NCBI RefSeq assembly: GCF_009914755.1
Contig: NC_060930.1
Strand: one strand, 5' to 3'
From: the human T2T-CHM13v2.0 reference genome, Homo sapiens
Length of the DNA stretch: 64,000 nucleotides
The notes under the pieces: generated by a model
Seen by the model: only the letters and a program-made list of their open reading frames with translations
What the model was told of the DNA's origin: nothing
Database searches by the model: none
Position numbers and translations under genes: made by a program
In this document: positions 24,906 through 37,469 of the stretch, one piece after another
Layout of the letters: each line of letters opens with the position of its first letter
Numbering within the stretch: the first letter of the stretch is position 1

Positions 24906-26415
24906 TGAATTTATAATGTGTTAAATCACATTTCCTTTTTGAAGATGAGTATCACCAACAGCCTTTCTATTTTTCTCCAGGTATATTACAGCCTTCTTTT
25001 TGCAATTATAATCATTGAATTTGGACTATGAATCAAAGAACCAGGTTCAATGCTGTATTTTTACCTGCATGCCTCTGACATTCCATAGATTTCTTGGATA
25101 ATAATTACTCTCCCTTTAACAACACCATAAGTCCACTTAATCTATGAATTTGAACCTTGAACAAGAGATAACTGAAGAATTATGTAAGAAAGAAACAGAA
25201 GAAGTGATGTTCTCAAGCTCTGGAGATTTTCAGGCAGCTTTGAAAATCTTTTTTATCTTATGTTTTATTCCCATAAAACTTAAAATCCTACTGGGGCATT
25301 AAGGTAGTAGCGGAGGGGTAGTTTTTCAAGATGTTCTTGTACAGCTTCCTTCTAGAAATATCTAGAGTTCTCTAAACTACGTTTGAAAACTCACTAATTT
25401 AAGACTTGTAACTTTGCAGATGGACTTTCTTACCTGGGAGAACAAATTGTTCTTTTCTGCTTCAAGGAAATTTTAAAATGCTAAGTAAGGCTTGCTATCC
25501 TCAGAGGCAACATTGGCATCCTGAAACAATTTTGGCCATCTGATTCCTGAGGGTTTGGCCAACAGCTGTGCCCAAAATGGATAATTGTGCCTGGTTAAGT
25601 TTAGTCCTCTCTGACATCACACATCACAGAGGAAATCAGCCCCACACATTTTTCTTCAAGGAGAGAAGAGAATTCATACAGATGATTCAGAATCAAGGAA
25701 TGAAAATGACAACAAGCATGCAAATGTCACACTGAAAACAAAAATCCCTCCTAGTTCATTGGCTAAAGAGACAGTAGAAACATCCTGGGTGGAACTGAGA
25801 GCTGTGACTCTTGTGCTCGGTGGCCTGGAGCCATTCACAGCACCATCGGGAAGTGAAGGCAGGGAGCAGTGCAAGGCCCGTTGTGTCTGTTTACCGAGTT
25901 CTGTAGGCCTTACCAACTATCATGTAGTAGTCTTTTTATGGAAACTAGATAAACAACATGCGTCACCATGGCTATTTCCCTTTATCAGAGAAGTGGAAGA
26001 AAGACTTCTACAAACTGTAGATATCATGGAAGTGTGTGGGCCTTTCCAAGCTATTATTGCACAAAATCAGAAAGAAATTGAAATGTTTTCTGCCAACGAC
26101 TGATTATTTTTATCCAAGTCAGACAGAAAAATATTTCTAAACATATAGATGTTTACCAGCTGTTCCCAGAGGCATTCATGTGACTGCGACATCCTTTCTA
26201 TCAGCCCTTTAGGTTTGGAGTTTTCCATGCCAAAGAGACTGAACATCTTCTGCATTTTAACCCCAGCTCAGAGACACTTCCAGGAATTCCAGTCCTCCAA
26301 GATTTCAATGTCTTTATTCCTGTTCTACACTTCAGTTTTGTGCTGAAAGCATCTAAAGGAAGAAGAATGAGGGAGGAGGAATTCTGCCTTTTTTTTTCAA
26401 AATTTGTATCACTCA

Positions 26416-26818
26416 TTTTTTTTTCTTTTTTTTATTATACTTTAAGTTCTGGGGTACATGTGCAGAACGTACGGTTTTGTTACATAGGCATACACGTGCC
26501 ATGGTGGTTTGCTGCACCCATCAACCCGTCACCTGCATTAGGTATTTCTCCTAATGTTATCCCTCCCATAGCCCCCCAGCCCCCAACAGACCCCTGTGTG
26601 TGATGGTCCCTGCCCTGTGTCCATGTGTTCTCATTGTTCAACTCCCACTTATCAGTGAGAACATGCGGTGTTTGGTTTTCTGTTCTTGTGATAGTTCGCT
26701 GAGAATGATGGTTTCCAGCTTCATCCATGTCCCTGCAAAGGACATGAACTCATCCTTTTTTATGACTGCATAGTATTCCATGGTATATATGTGCCACATT
26801 TTCTTTATCCAGTCTATT
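26416..26818 (-). mobile_element. L1PA (PA6-PA8-like) 3' end, 5'-truncated
   Basis: poly-T, then 'attatactttaagttctggggtacatgtgcagaacg..ggtggtttgctgcacccatcaacccgtca'; ORF2 C-terminus 'WIKKMWHIYTMEYYAVIKKDEFMSFAGTWMKLETIILSELSQEQKTKHRMFSLISGS'. Confidence 0.95.
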
Positions 26819-27390
26819 GCCCTCTCTTTAATCCACGGTCTTCTCACCTTTGTTTATCAACATTTGTTGACTGATGAGTTGATGTCTCAGTTTTACCTTC
26901 ACCTTGCACTCACTGTGTTTCAGTGGATCCTTACCTTCTTTCTCTTCTCTTCTTTGTGACCTCAAGTTATTTATCAGGATCTTTCCTTGAGGGACTTGGG
27001 GTATGTAGCACATAATGTGGAAGCAGCGAGGGCCCATTTATCTGTTCAGTTACACTTATCTGACTATTATATTTAATTTATAGGGCATTGTCTGGCTCAT
27101 AAAACTTTTAGAAGTCCAGCCTTCCCTCTCTTTCTCTTCCTGTTCCACCCTGCTGACTTCTTACACTGGTACATTTGTTTGTTTGTGCTCCCAGAGAAGA
27201 CCCCTATGATTTCTCCCCACTTCTCCAATTGCTCCAGACTCTGACAAGGTTAAATTGTTGGCCTGAGAACATGTTCTCAAGAGGCACCCATGATTGTTGT
27301 CCTAATGCCTAATTAAGAAGGGTGGAGAAAATTCAACAGCAGGACCACAGTGTCATCATGGGAAGGGAGGAAATCAGATCAGTTTGCATA

Positions 27391-27939
27391 AGGGATATCT
27401 GCACTCACATGTTCATTGCAGCACTATTCACAACACCCAAAATATGAAACCAACCTGAGTGCCCATCAACAGATGAATGGATATGTGGTGTGTACACACA
27501 ATGAAATACTATTCAGCTGTTAAAAAGAGGGAAGTCCTGTCATGTGCCACAACATGGAAGAACCTGAAGGACATGACGCTGAGTGAAATAAGAAGCACAG
27601 AAAGGCATATAACTGCACAATTTCATTTATATGTGCAATCTAGGAAAGTCAAACTCACAGAAGCAAAGAGTGGAACAGTGGTTACCAGCAGCAAGTTGAA
27701 GTAGGGTGGACAGGTGGGGTTGGCATGGGGAGATGTTGTCTGAGGATATAAGATTTTAGTTAAGTAGAAGGAATAAATTCAGAAGATTTATTGTACATCA
27801 TGAGGGTTATAGTTAATAATAATGCATTGTACACTTGAAAATCGCTAAGGGAATAGATTTTAAGTGTTCCCATCACAAAAAATGATAAGTATGTGCAATA
27901 ATAAATATGTTAATTAGCTTGACTTAGTCATTCCACAAC

Positions 27940-27972
<33 letters not shown>

Positions 27973-28025
27973 AATATCATGCTGTATACCATAAATATAT
28001 ACAATTTTTATTTGTTGATTAAAAA
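27391..28025 (+). mobile_element. L1MA-type 3' end (contains (TG)n(TA)n at ~27940-27972)
   Basis: 'gatatctgcactcacatgttcattgcagcactattcacaa..gattttaagtgttcccatcacaaaaaatgataagtatgtg..ttaattagcttga'. Confidence 0.9.
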
Positions 28026-28059
28026 CATTTAAATTTAAATTTCAATAAATGGAAAGGGA

Positions 28060-28250
28060 AATGGGTTTGGAGTCACTCAGAACTGGATCAGATTCCTGGC
28101 TGCACAATTTACATGGACAAGTCCTTTAACCTTGATGAATGTCCACTTTCTCATCTTTAAAATTCACCTAATAATACCTCAAGAAATTTCTGGAAATATG
28201 AAATAAACTAATGTATGTGAAATGATTGGCAGATGATAGATGATCAGTAT
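28060..28250 (+). mobile_element. MIR fragment
   Basis: 'gggtttggagtca..ggacaagtcctttaacc..tttctcatctttaaaat..taataatacctca'. Confidence 0.6.
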
Positions 28251-28769
28251 CAGGGTCAGTTTCCACCTCTCTGCCCCTCAGTTTCAATCCTTCTTCCCTG
28301 TCTTCTGCCCAGGGCTCTTTCATTCTATATCTGATACACAGACAAAATACAATAAATAGTTATTGACTGGGTGAACTTGTGTAAAGATGCTGGTGAGTAG
28401 ACCATGTTTGCAAATGTGTAGAGTAATATCACCCTTTTGGCCAACCCAAATTCTTGCTTTGCATAGGGACTTCCTTAGCTCTCCAGAATTCCCAGATAGA
28501 TAACAAGAGGGATACAGGTGAGATGGATATTATTATTGTTGTTTTATGTGCATCAGTATGTATAACTCTGCATGTAGATATTTATACTGGATGGATTTAT
28601 ATAAATTTTCTATTTTTGTGCAAGAGTTTCCTACATTCTACTTTTCTGGATTATGAGGAAATCTTTGAATAGAGTGGGCTTTGCCAACCTCTCCGTCCAA
28701 ATTCCTGCCTTCTCTTTTCTCTTCCAGCATTCCCATGCCTTCTATATTATGGGTTAAATAATTCAAAAG

Positions 28770-29108
28770 TGCTCTACCTCCTTGGTGCCTTTGCACAATC
28801 ATTTCTTCCATTAGACTCATCCTTCCCTTAATCTACCATGTATTAACTTGTCCTTTAGCTCAACCATTACTTCTGAGAAGACTCTCCTAACACCACCTCC
28901 TCTTTTCTCATAGTTGTCTAGACTTTTCTACTCACCATATTTTCCATTTTATTATTGGTTTAGTTTCTGTCTGTTTCCTCCCCTAGATTTTCATCCCATG
29001 AGAGCTGGGTCAGCAATTTTTCTTGCTTTCTTCTGTGTTTCTATAGTACCCCATAATTCCTGGCACATAGTAGGTGCTTTAAAAGTATTTGTTGAAGGAA
29101 TGAATGAA
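28770..29108 (+). mobile_element. L2 3' end
   Basis: 'gcctttgcaca' and terminal 'cctggcacatagtaggtgctttaaaagtatttgttgaaggaatgaatga'. Confidence 0.75.
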
Positions 29109-30229
29109 GAGGTGAAAGCACTTCACAAATTCACATTTGCTTCTCTTCAAGTAATGCTCTTGTAAGTAGAAAATGGTTGGGTATATTTCCAACAAGGTCA
29201 TTTTATATAATTTGGCAAAACTGAAAATGATTTTATGTCCGTCTGAGTCCCCAGCACTTAACTCAATATTGTTTTTAAAAAGTTTCTCATAATAAAATAC
29301 AGCTAAATTTTCAGTGGGTATATAGAGGAAATACAGGAAGAAATACCACTTTTAAACAGGCAAGCTTCATGGGCCATTCACATCTAATGTGCAGCAGAAG
29401 CAATTCTATGAATTGTTTCCAATTCCATTATTATACCCATGATTTTTCAATAAGGATGCAACCGCATACCTCTGATTTCCTTCTTAGAATCTTTGTGATG
29501 TTGTCGATACAGGTGCACGCCTTCAGTATGCACAACATGATTCATAGAGTGTATAACATCACAGGAGGTTTAACAAACATAAGAAGTAACTAGAGTACAG
29601 TTGCTTGACTTGTGTTGCTAGGTTACTATCTAGTAATCCTCTTGCTTATCTTGGGCTTCTGGTATTTTCAATTCCATTTAGTGAGGGTTGGAGCTACTCT
29701 GATGTGTCTAGTTCTGTAATATATTAAAAGTCTAGCCAAAAAGAGGTGGCTATTCATTATAAGCGGGAGCTAAGTGTTTAAAAAAACACATGCAATGAGA
29801 GAAATAGACCAAATCATCAGGAAGGACAGTGTCAGAAAACTTTGTCTGACTTATTTTAATTCCTTTTTTTAACTATCTGACTGCATGTAAGTATTCATAA
29901 GGCTTATCTTGCCAATATAAAATATGCTAATCATGATATTAACATTTTTACTGTTAACACATATATTCTGCCCCCAAATGTCTTTTAGCACAGGTGAGAG
30001 AAAATTGGGTGAGTAACATGGTTTTCAGTAGTTCAAGTTTCCCACTCATGGATATTTAAAAATAGAATAATGGCAACATGTCTTTCCTAGAAATTCAAGA
30101 AGAATCATCTACTGACTGTCATAAAGCATGAACTATGAGTGATATACATGGGACATAAGAAATAGTTATGAACTTTTTTCTCCATTTAGGCCTAACAGAG
30201 CTGAAGAAGATAAAGAAAAATGAAAAGAC

Positions 30230-30376
30230 AAGAAAAGAGAAAAGAAGAGAGAGAGCGAGAAAGAAGAAAGAAAAAAAGAAAGAAAAGAAAGAAGGAAGGA
30301 AGGAAAGAAAGAAAAAAGGAAGAAAGAGAAGAGAGAAGAAAGAGAAAAGAAAAGGAAGAAAGAAAAAGAAAAGAAA
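30230..30376. repeat. GA-rich / (GAAA)n polypurine tract
   Basis: 147 nt of A/G with a single C at 30256. Confidence 0.95.
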
Positions 30377-32323
30377 CTCTCAATAAATGAGAAGGGTCAT
30401 TCATCCATTGAGGCAGGCAGGAAGTCACTATATATATTTTACACAGGTAATAAATGGCAGAGGTATTGCTTAGGGCAGGAGGAAAAAGGAATTAAACCCA
30501 TAGAAAACTGGACAAAGTGCAATACTCTAGGAGTTAGACCTCCAAATTAAATCCTTACAATAATGTTGAGCAAGTGTTTTGATACGTGTATAAGCAGAGT
30601 CCTACTGGAACACAGAAGTTCTAATGCCTCCTGGAGGACAGCAGGGAGACTTCAGAGAGGAGATAGCCCTTGAGCAGACTTTCACAGCAATTGCATATTT
30701 CCTCCACCAAAATCTCCATAAGGCACTGAACTAATCCATTGCATTGCTGAACAGAAAGTTTATGAAGGGGAATAAAATACATCTGAGACTGGACAGCCAC
30801 TTGAATTATTTCTAAAGTTCACACAACTCCAAGGTAACACTAACAACCACAACAATTACTATTATTACTAACATTTATTCACAATATTTTATTTTAAATT
30901 ACCTTTAGTTAAATACTAAGAATCTACAGGACTTAATGCTACAGAACAGAAACCATAAGTAGAAGGAGGCAGTATCTCTCACTGATGAAAAATGAATGAG
31001 GACATGTGTTGAACAATGAAATACGGTTTAATCAGGTGTCTCATGTGAACCTGCATAAGACAGAAAAAAGTCTTGCTCTTTAAATCCATTAAACAATAAC
31101 AAAGAAATTGGTGTCAGAAAACTTAGATATGCGTATTCAGCTATATTAAGTAAAACAAAGACCAAAAGAACTGGAATAATCTTAATTAGATGTTTATTCT
31201 AGTCAATATCTATATCTAGTGTGTATCATTTTGGACAGTTGTCTTTCTTTCAAAACCCTTCAGCTAGAATGCCTACCCCACTGTCACCTCCACTGCAGCC
31301 TTCAAGACCAAAGTCTTACATTATTATGTGGATCAAGGAGCCAAGCTCAAACAAACATAATCAACAGAGTTATGGTAAAAATTATAGTTGGTTAAATAGT
31401 TTACTGGCTCAACTTAAGCAAAAAGAAAGTCTAATTTTGCCAGAATATTGCAGTAGAAACTTCGTGAAGGGTATTGGGGCTGAGTCTACAAACATTTAGC
31501 CTAACTAGATTGGAAAGGAAACAAAAATTTAAAACAAAGAAACCAAAAAAAAAAAAAGTGTGTTTGATTAATCACAGCTTGGCAATAGCTCCTCCACCCA
31601 ATAGAAGCCCAGAAGCATTTTCCTCTGCTGATCCCCTACCATCTTCTCAACTCATTCTTCTTAAGAGGCCCCAGTGAAAGACAGTTCCACTAGATGTGTG
31701 CTGACTCAGTCAGGCCAGCCAACCTCGATTGAGAACTCACCTGAATGCAGGAGCCATGAGCCAGTCAGCTCATCTCTGAAGTGAGAGAAAGAACAGTTCA
31801 CATCTTCGTTAATTAGATACTAGCAAACTAAATGAGTAGATTCATAGGAGTAGGCTATCATTTTACCACCTGAATGAGAAAAGGAGAGGTGGCACAGATA
31901 TGATTCTTCAGCAAATTGGCTACAGCTGCCAAATTGCACATTCAGACAGCCCAAGACAGTAACTATTTAACAGAGTATCTGTGCTGGGCCTAAAATTTTC
32001 CTAAGACATGTTTTTATATATCTTATCATCAGTTGGGTTGAGGTATAGGCTATGAAGTATAGATGAGACATTCGTTTATCTTTCTAACTGAATTAAGTTC
32101 TTGAAAGTGCACAGAAAAGATGGATTCATTTAACACTCATGACTTGGATTTATTTTGCCTCAGTGCATTTATCTACAAGATGAGACAGAAAATATCTGTT
32201 TAAAGGCACCTCCTAGTATTGAGCTGAAAGTAACATAAATAAGAAATGCATTTTAAAAGCTAAAAATTCAAGTGTAATTTTTATAGTGGATGATTTTTCT
32301 CTTTAAGCTACTGATTTTTTTAA

Positions 32324-32746
<423 letters not shown>

Positions 32747-33364
32747 TAATCTGCCAATGTGCTTAACTCTACTAGATCAACAAGATTCTAAATAACAACC
32801 TGAAATAGAACATGTCATTAATGAACAAATTTTCAAAAAGTAAATTACACTTAAAAATTTCTTGAGAGTAGATCTCATGTTAAACATTTTACCGCAATAA
32901 ACTAAAAGAAAAAATGTTTAAGTAAATAATTTATAATTTTATTGGGTTTTCCTATTTGAAAACGTCTTTGTGGACTTCAGGGAAAGGATGCTGTATAAGA
33001 AATTATTATTTTACCAATCCCATGTTGATTTTAGGCTCCACTGAAGAATATGATTAGAGTTTGGCCCACAAATTGTTGACAGAAAACTTGTATTCAAATT
33101 TTATTTGGTGACTTTCATTGAATGAAAATTTTATGAAGATGTTTGTCTTTTATATTATATTCCTTCCCATTCTGCCCTCATATATGTGCACTGGGGGATG
33201 ATAGGGAGATGACGACAGGAGAGATTTATTAAAGGAGGACTATTTATTTTCTGGCCAATTTCTAATCTAAATCTAAATTCCCAAGAAAAAAAGACACGTC
33301 TTCCATGTAACTGCTACTTAGCAGACATCAATTTCTGCTGTCATTTCCAGAAAAGCACCATGAT

Positions 33365-33572
33365 TTAGTGTGGGACTCTAATATCAGACTTTTGGGTTGG
33401 GATCTCTGCTCTGTCACGCTCTAGCTGTGGGACAGAGGGCAAATTATTTGACTGTTTTATCTCTATATTCTCATGTGTAGAGTGAGAATAATATACAGTT
33501 GTTAAGATTCAATAAGTTAATACATATAAAATGCCCAGAACATAGTAAATGTTCAGTAAGTTTTACTTATTA
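33365..33572 (+). mobile_element. MIR
   Basis: 'gactctaatatcagac..ctagctgtggg..ggcaaattatttga..aataagttaatacatataaaatgcccagaacatagtaaatgttcagtaa'. Confidence 0.75.
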
Positions 33573-36500
33573 CATCCATTTTTTTTTAAATTAAAATGGG
33601 TTTTTTTTGTAAAAATTAATCTGCTCTGCTGTTAGAAAACAAGAGTTGCTTAAGGTGAAATGAAAGAAAGAAAGGTAAAGAAAGAAAATTCTATTAGTCT
33701 ACTAGTTGCAGAAAAATCATATTTTATATCTTAGAATTGAAATGGAAGACCTCAAGAAGAGGAGACTCAGTCACACCAGGAGAAAAAATTGCCCATGAAA
33801 CTTGAACTATTGCTAGCAGAGGTCACCATGTGAAAACAGGAGCCTGCAAAGCATTGTTGAACACACAGTCTTTTTGGAGACAGCCCAGGGACACAGGTCA
33901 AAACTATGCAACTTTCATTCTCTACTACTCAGTGAGCTCTTCTGAGGAATATAAGTGCTAAAAAAATCAGTCAAGAGGGGAATAAACTCTACCATGTTTA
34001 TAAAAATGGCTATTTCAGTATTATGTATAATCTTGAAAAACTATGAAATGACCTAGCTCATAGGGAAATCTCTAGTTGATGAAATATTATTAAAATCATA
34101 CATATTAAAATTAGCAACATGGAAAATAATGTTTAATACTAAGAAAAAAGGACTCGAAAGTGTATACAGCTTATTACTGCATCTTTATGGAAATACATTC
34201 ATAAATATTTAATGCAATTATATGATAAAAGGCAATAAGCAAGCTGAGAAAAAATAGTTGGGTTTTCTGATAATTTCTTTGCACTGTTTTTGTGAGTATA
34301 ATTTCTTTGTACTGTTCTACGTTGATACTGAATAAATACAAAATTAAAACATAAACACATATATGAAGCATAATGCTAAAATTAATCAAGTAACTCATGT
34401 TGTAACAAACCAATAGCTTAAATAACTGTTCAATTTCATGAATTAGTAGAGGATTTGTTTTACCTTTCTGCTTGTATTGATACTGTTACTAAAGCAGTGT
34501 TCATTTCACATGTGTAATAGGAAACCTATGTGTCATGACTTAGCAAGTTTGAAGTGAAAAAACATCGTATTGATTTTTTCTGTTTAAAAAGTATATGTAA
34601 GATAGTTCATCGTTCAATAGTTAATTATGATAAAAAATAGGTGGCACAGTAAAAAACCAACATTTACTGAAAACATATTATTTGATGTATAGGGTTTTTA
34701 GAAATATATGATTTCTCCTTTCAAATGCTACAAGAAAATTATGATTGATACCAGAGTAAACAAAAAATCAAATGCCATTGTGGTCAGGCACCATGTTTGC
34801 CTCTAGGAGTTCCATGAACCACAAATATAGACTGAAAAGAATGTGTGTCAAAGAAGTAGACCATGAGTTCCCTTGCTGCTGACTTCAGCTCAGAAACATG
34901 ACCCCACAAAGCACACTGGAGCTGACCAAGTTGCACCCAAGGATTGGACCAGCCACCCACTGTGGAAACCAGTGAAAGACCACAGGATGTTGAACAGGTG
35001 ACTCCTCCTCCTCCCAGCATCAAGAGGATCACTAGGACAGACACCACGTTGGAAAGAAGTAAGAATTGAAAGGAAGAAGTCACTATAATAAGGACTTAAA
35101 TTTAGAATTCCCGGAATATTTACCTCAAAGAGAAATCTGAAATCAAAATAGACTGTTTAAATCAGAGGAGGCAAAGAAACCATTGAATGACATTATTTTT
35201 ATTTTTCCTTGCTACCCAGAGGGGTAAGGTAGAGATGGGGAGAAGAGAGCTTGAGTTTAAGGAACATTATATAGAATGTAGAAAAAGAAGATAATCTTTG
35301 TTTATCTAAGCAGTATATGAATAGCTTTCTATATTTGGGGATCTCTGAAAGAAGAAATCACATCTTTTTCTTGTAGTTATCCCCCTTTAGAAATTATATA
35401 GTTATACAATAAATGGCACTGAATGAATAAATCACAAGACTTGAAGCGATGAGAGAGGTTTTCTAATTCATCATCCCAATTTCAGGTAGACTACCATAAT
35501 TCAGCACAGAAACCTTTTTCTTGAGGACCTGGAGTATTTATCGTGAGTTTGTTCTTGGCCTGTGCAGTAAGCAGGCAGAACAGTCACTCTCCACCAGCCC
35601 TACCTTTCCTTTCCTGTCCTTTCTTCCTTTCATTACAATTTGCAGGCTGTTTTTCTTTACTTGCTGATTGTTAATAAATTTCTGCCCTTCCTCTCCCCAC
35701 CCCTCATATCAGCTTACTTTTCCAACTAACAAAACACCAGTCTTGTTGAACCATCTATTACAAACACTGGAGCAGAATAGCAAAGGGAATTTTTAATCAA
35801 GGAAAAACTTGAGGTTAAATTATTACTATCTTGATTATGTGGGTTGTTCAAAAGAACTTTAATTTTTTTCTCCAATGAGAAATTCCTCCAGATAACCTAT
35901 TGAGTATTTGAGTCCTCTGAGTCCTCCTGAGGCACTAGCACACTCAATTTTTTATATTGATCAAATTATAAAACACACCATACATGCAATTTGTTAGCTT
36001 GACTAAGTTTTGTTTTGCTTTTGTTCTTTTTGGTTTTGTTTGTTGTTTTCCTGTTTCCTTTTTTTAAAAAAAGGAAACCTCTAGTTCTATCTACTTTAGG
36101 GACATTTATTTGGAATGAAATAAAAGTGACTTGTAATTATAGTTTAATGCCTCAAAATAGAAAAATGTGCCAAATTGCTTAACCAAATACATATTTGGTT
36201 GGGATTTCAGAGTTACTCCTGAGTCAAGGCCCTGGAAAGTCTGAACCATTGCTTATCTTTAATTTATGGTTCTCTGCTAAGGGCAGCACAGAACTGATTG
36301 TTCATAAGGTTAAAATTTTGGCTTACGAAAGTTGTGCATCACAGAACAGGCATTAAGACAAACTTCTATTGCATTCTTTTTTTTAGTTGTGGCATCTCTT
36401 TCCCTCCGTTTAAGACTCCCTCATGGAGGTATATCCAATCCTGATTAACAGGGCTGTGGATAAAATGGTCTGAGATAAAGGCAAAGTGTTCGATGAGCTC

Positions 36501-36899
36501 TTCCTGAGATTCCTGAGCTATTTCATTTCCTTCTTTCTTATTTTGGCCTCATAAAATATTGTTTGTGGTGTCTCACCAGAAATGATCTTGTACACGTTAG
36601 CACTCTAACATGCACAATTTTAAAAATGCATTTATCTCCAAGTTTAGAGTAAGAGTAAGACAGAGAACTGTGCTTTTCTCAAGTGTTTGCCAACTTTCAA
36701 ACCTTTGGCATTTTAAGCAGAGATCCTTACAAAATGGAGTTTTCCCTGACATGTCTGGATGTGTATGTATCTGAACTGACTGAATTTAGTCTTTCAGGGA
36801 GGCAGAAGATGACCAAGGTGACTATGGGGGCAGTGAGGGCCCTGTGGCTTCATTCCTAAAGTTCAGCACAGTGCTCCTCCATCAGTGCAGCTTGGTTGA

Positions 36900-37330
36900 T
36901 GTACCAACCAGGATCCTGGCAAGAAACAGATGGCACACTCAAATTGGGTGCTTTGAAGAGAGATAGTAGGGGGACCATTTATTAAGGTGAAAGTAAGGTG
37001 AGGAAGCTACAAGTACTTTGAGGCTAGTGACAGTTGGATTTGGAGGAGGGATTGGTAGCACCCTAGGCCAGAAGGGGCAAGGGAAGGAAGTAGTTACCAG
37101 AACCTAGAGACAGATAACAAACATAGAAAGAGGCATGGGTGACAGCTGTTGGAAAGAGCCTGGCTTCCAGTGGGGATATAGTTGGACTAAAGAAGTTGGA
37201 TACAGCCAGCCCAGAATGGACTTGTCCTTGAGCTCCACAACTGGAATCCCAGAATAAGGGAGGCAGTTGATGCAGGTCAGACTCATGGAGAAACAGCAGG
37301 GTGAATTCTGGATCTGAAAGTGAAAATAAA
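36900..37330 (-). mobile_element. ERVL solo LTR (LTR33/LTR41-like)
   Basis: 'tgtaccaaccaggatcctggcaagaaacagatggcacactcaaattgggt..cctaggccagaaggggcaaggga..gttacc' is the reverse complement of the LTR33-type 3' end. Confidence 0.65.
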
Positions 37331-37469
37331 AGAAATACAAAAACCAATGAGATTGATTCCCAAACTCTAAGGTCATGGCTGCTGCTAATTCATAGGTACC
37401 TCTTTGTGAACTAGAAAAATAAAATGCCTTTTTGAGTGACGCAGACCTATTAGTGCACAGGGTTTTGTT

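Noticed and set aside
25759-26103. 114-aa ORF in unique DNA
   Set aside because: TTG start, no recognisable homology or flanking splice/promoter support
30168-30428. Lys/Arg/Glu-rich and Phe/Leu/Ser-rich ORFs
   Set aside because: Translation of the GA-rich simple repeat
34780-35310. Possible ancient Gypsy-like/ERV LTR remnant (also 40700-41640)
   Set aside because: Only a vague resemblance; no termini or family could be supported without a Dfam search
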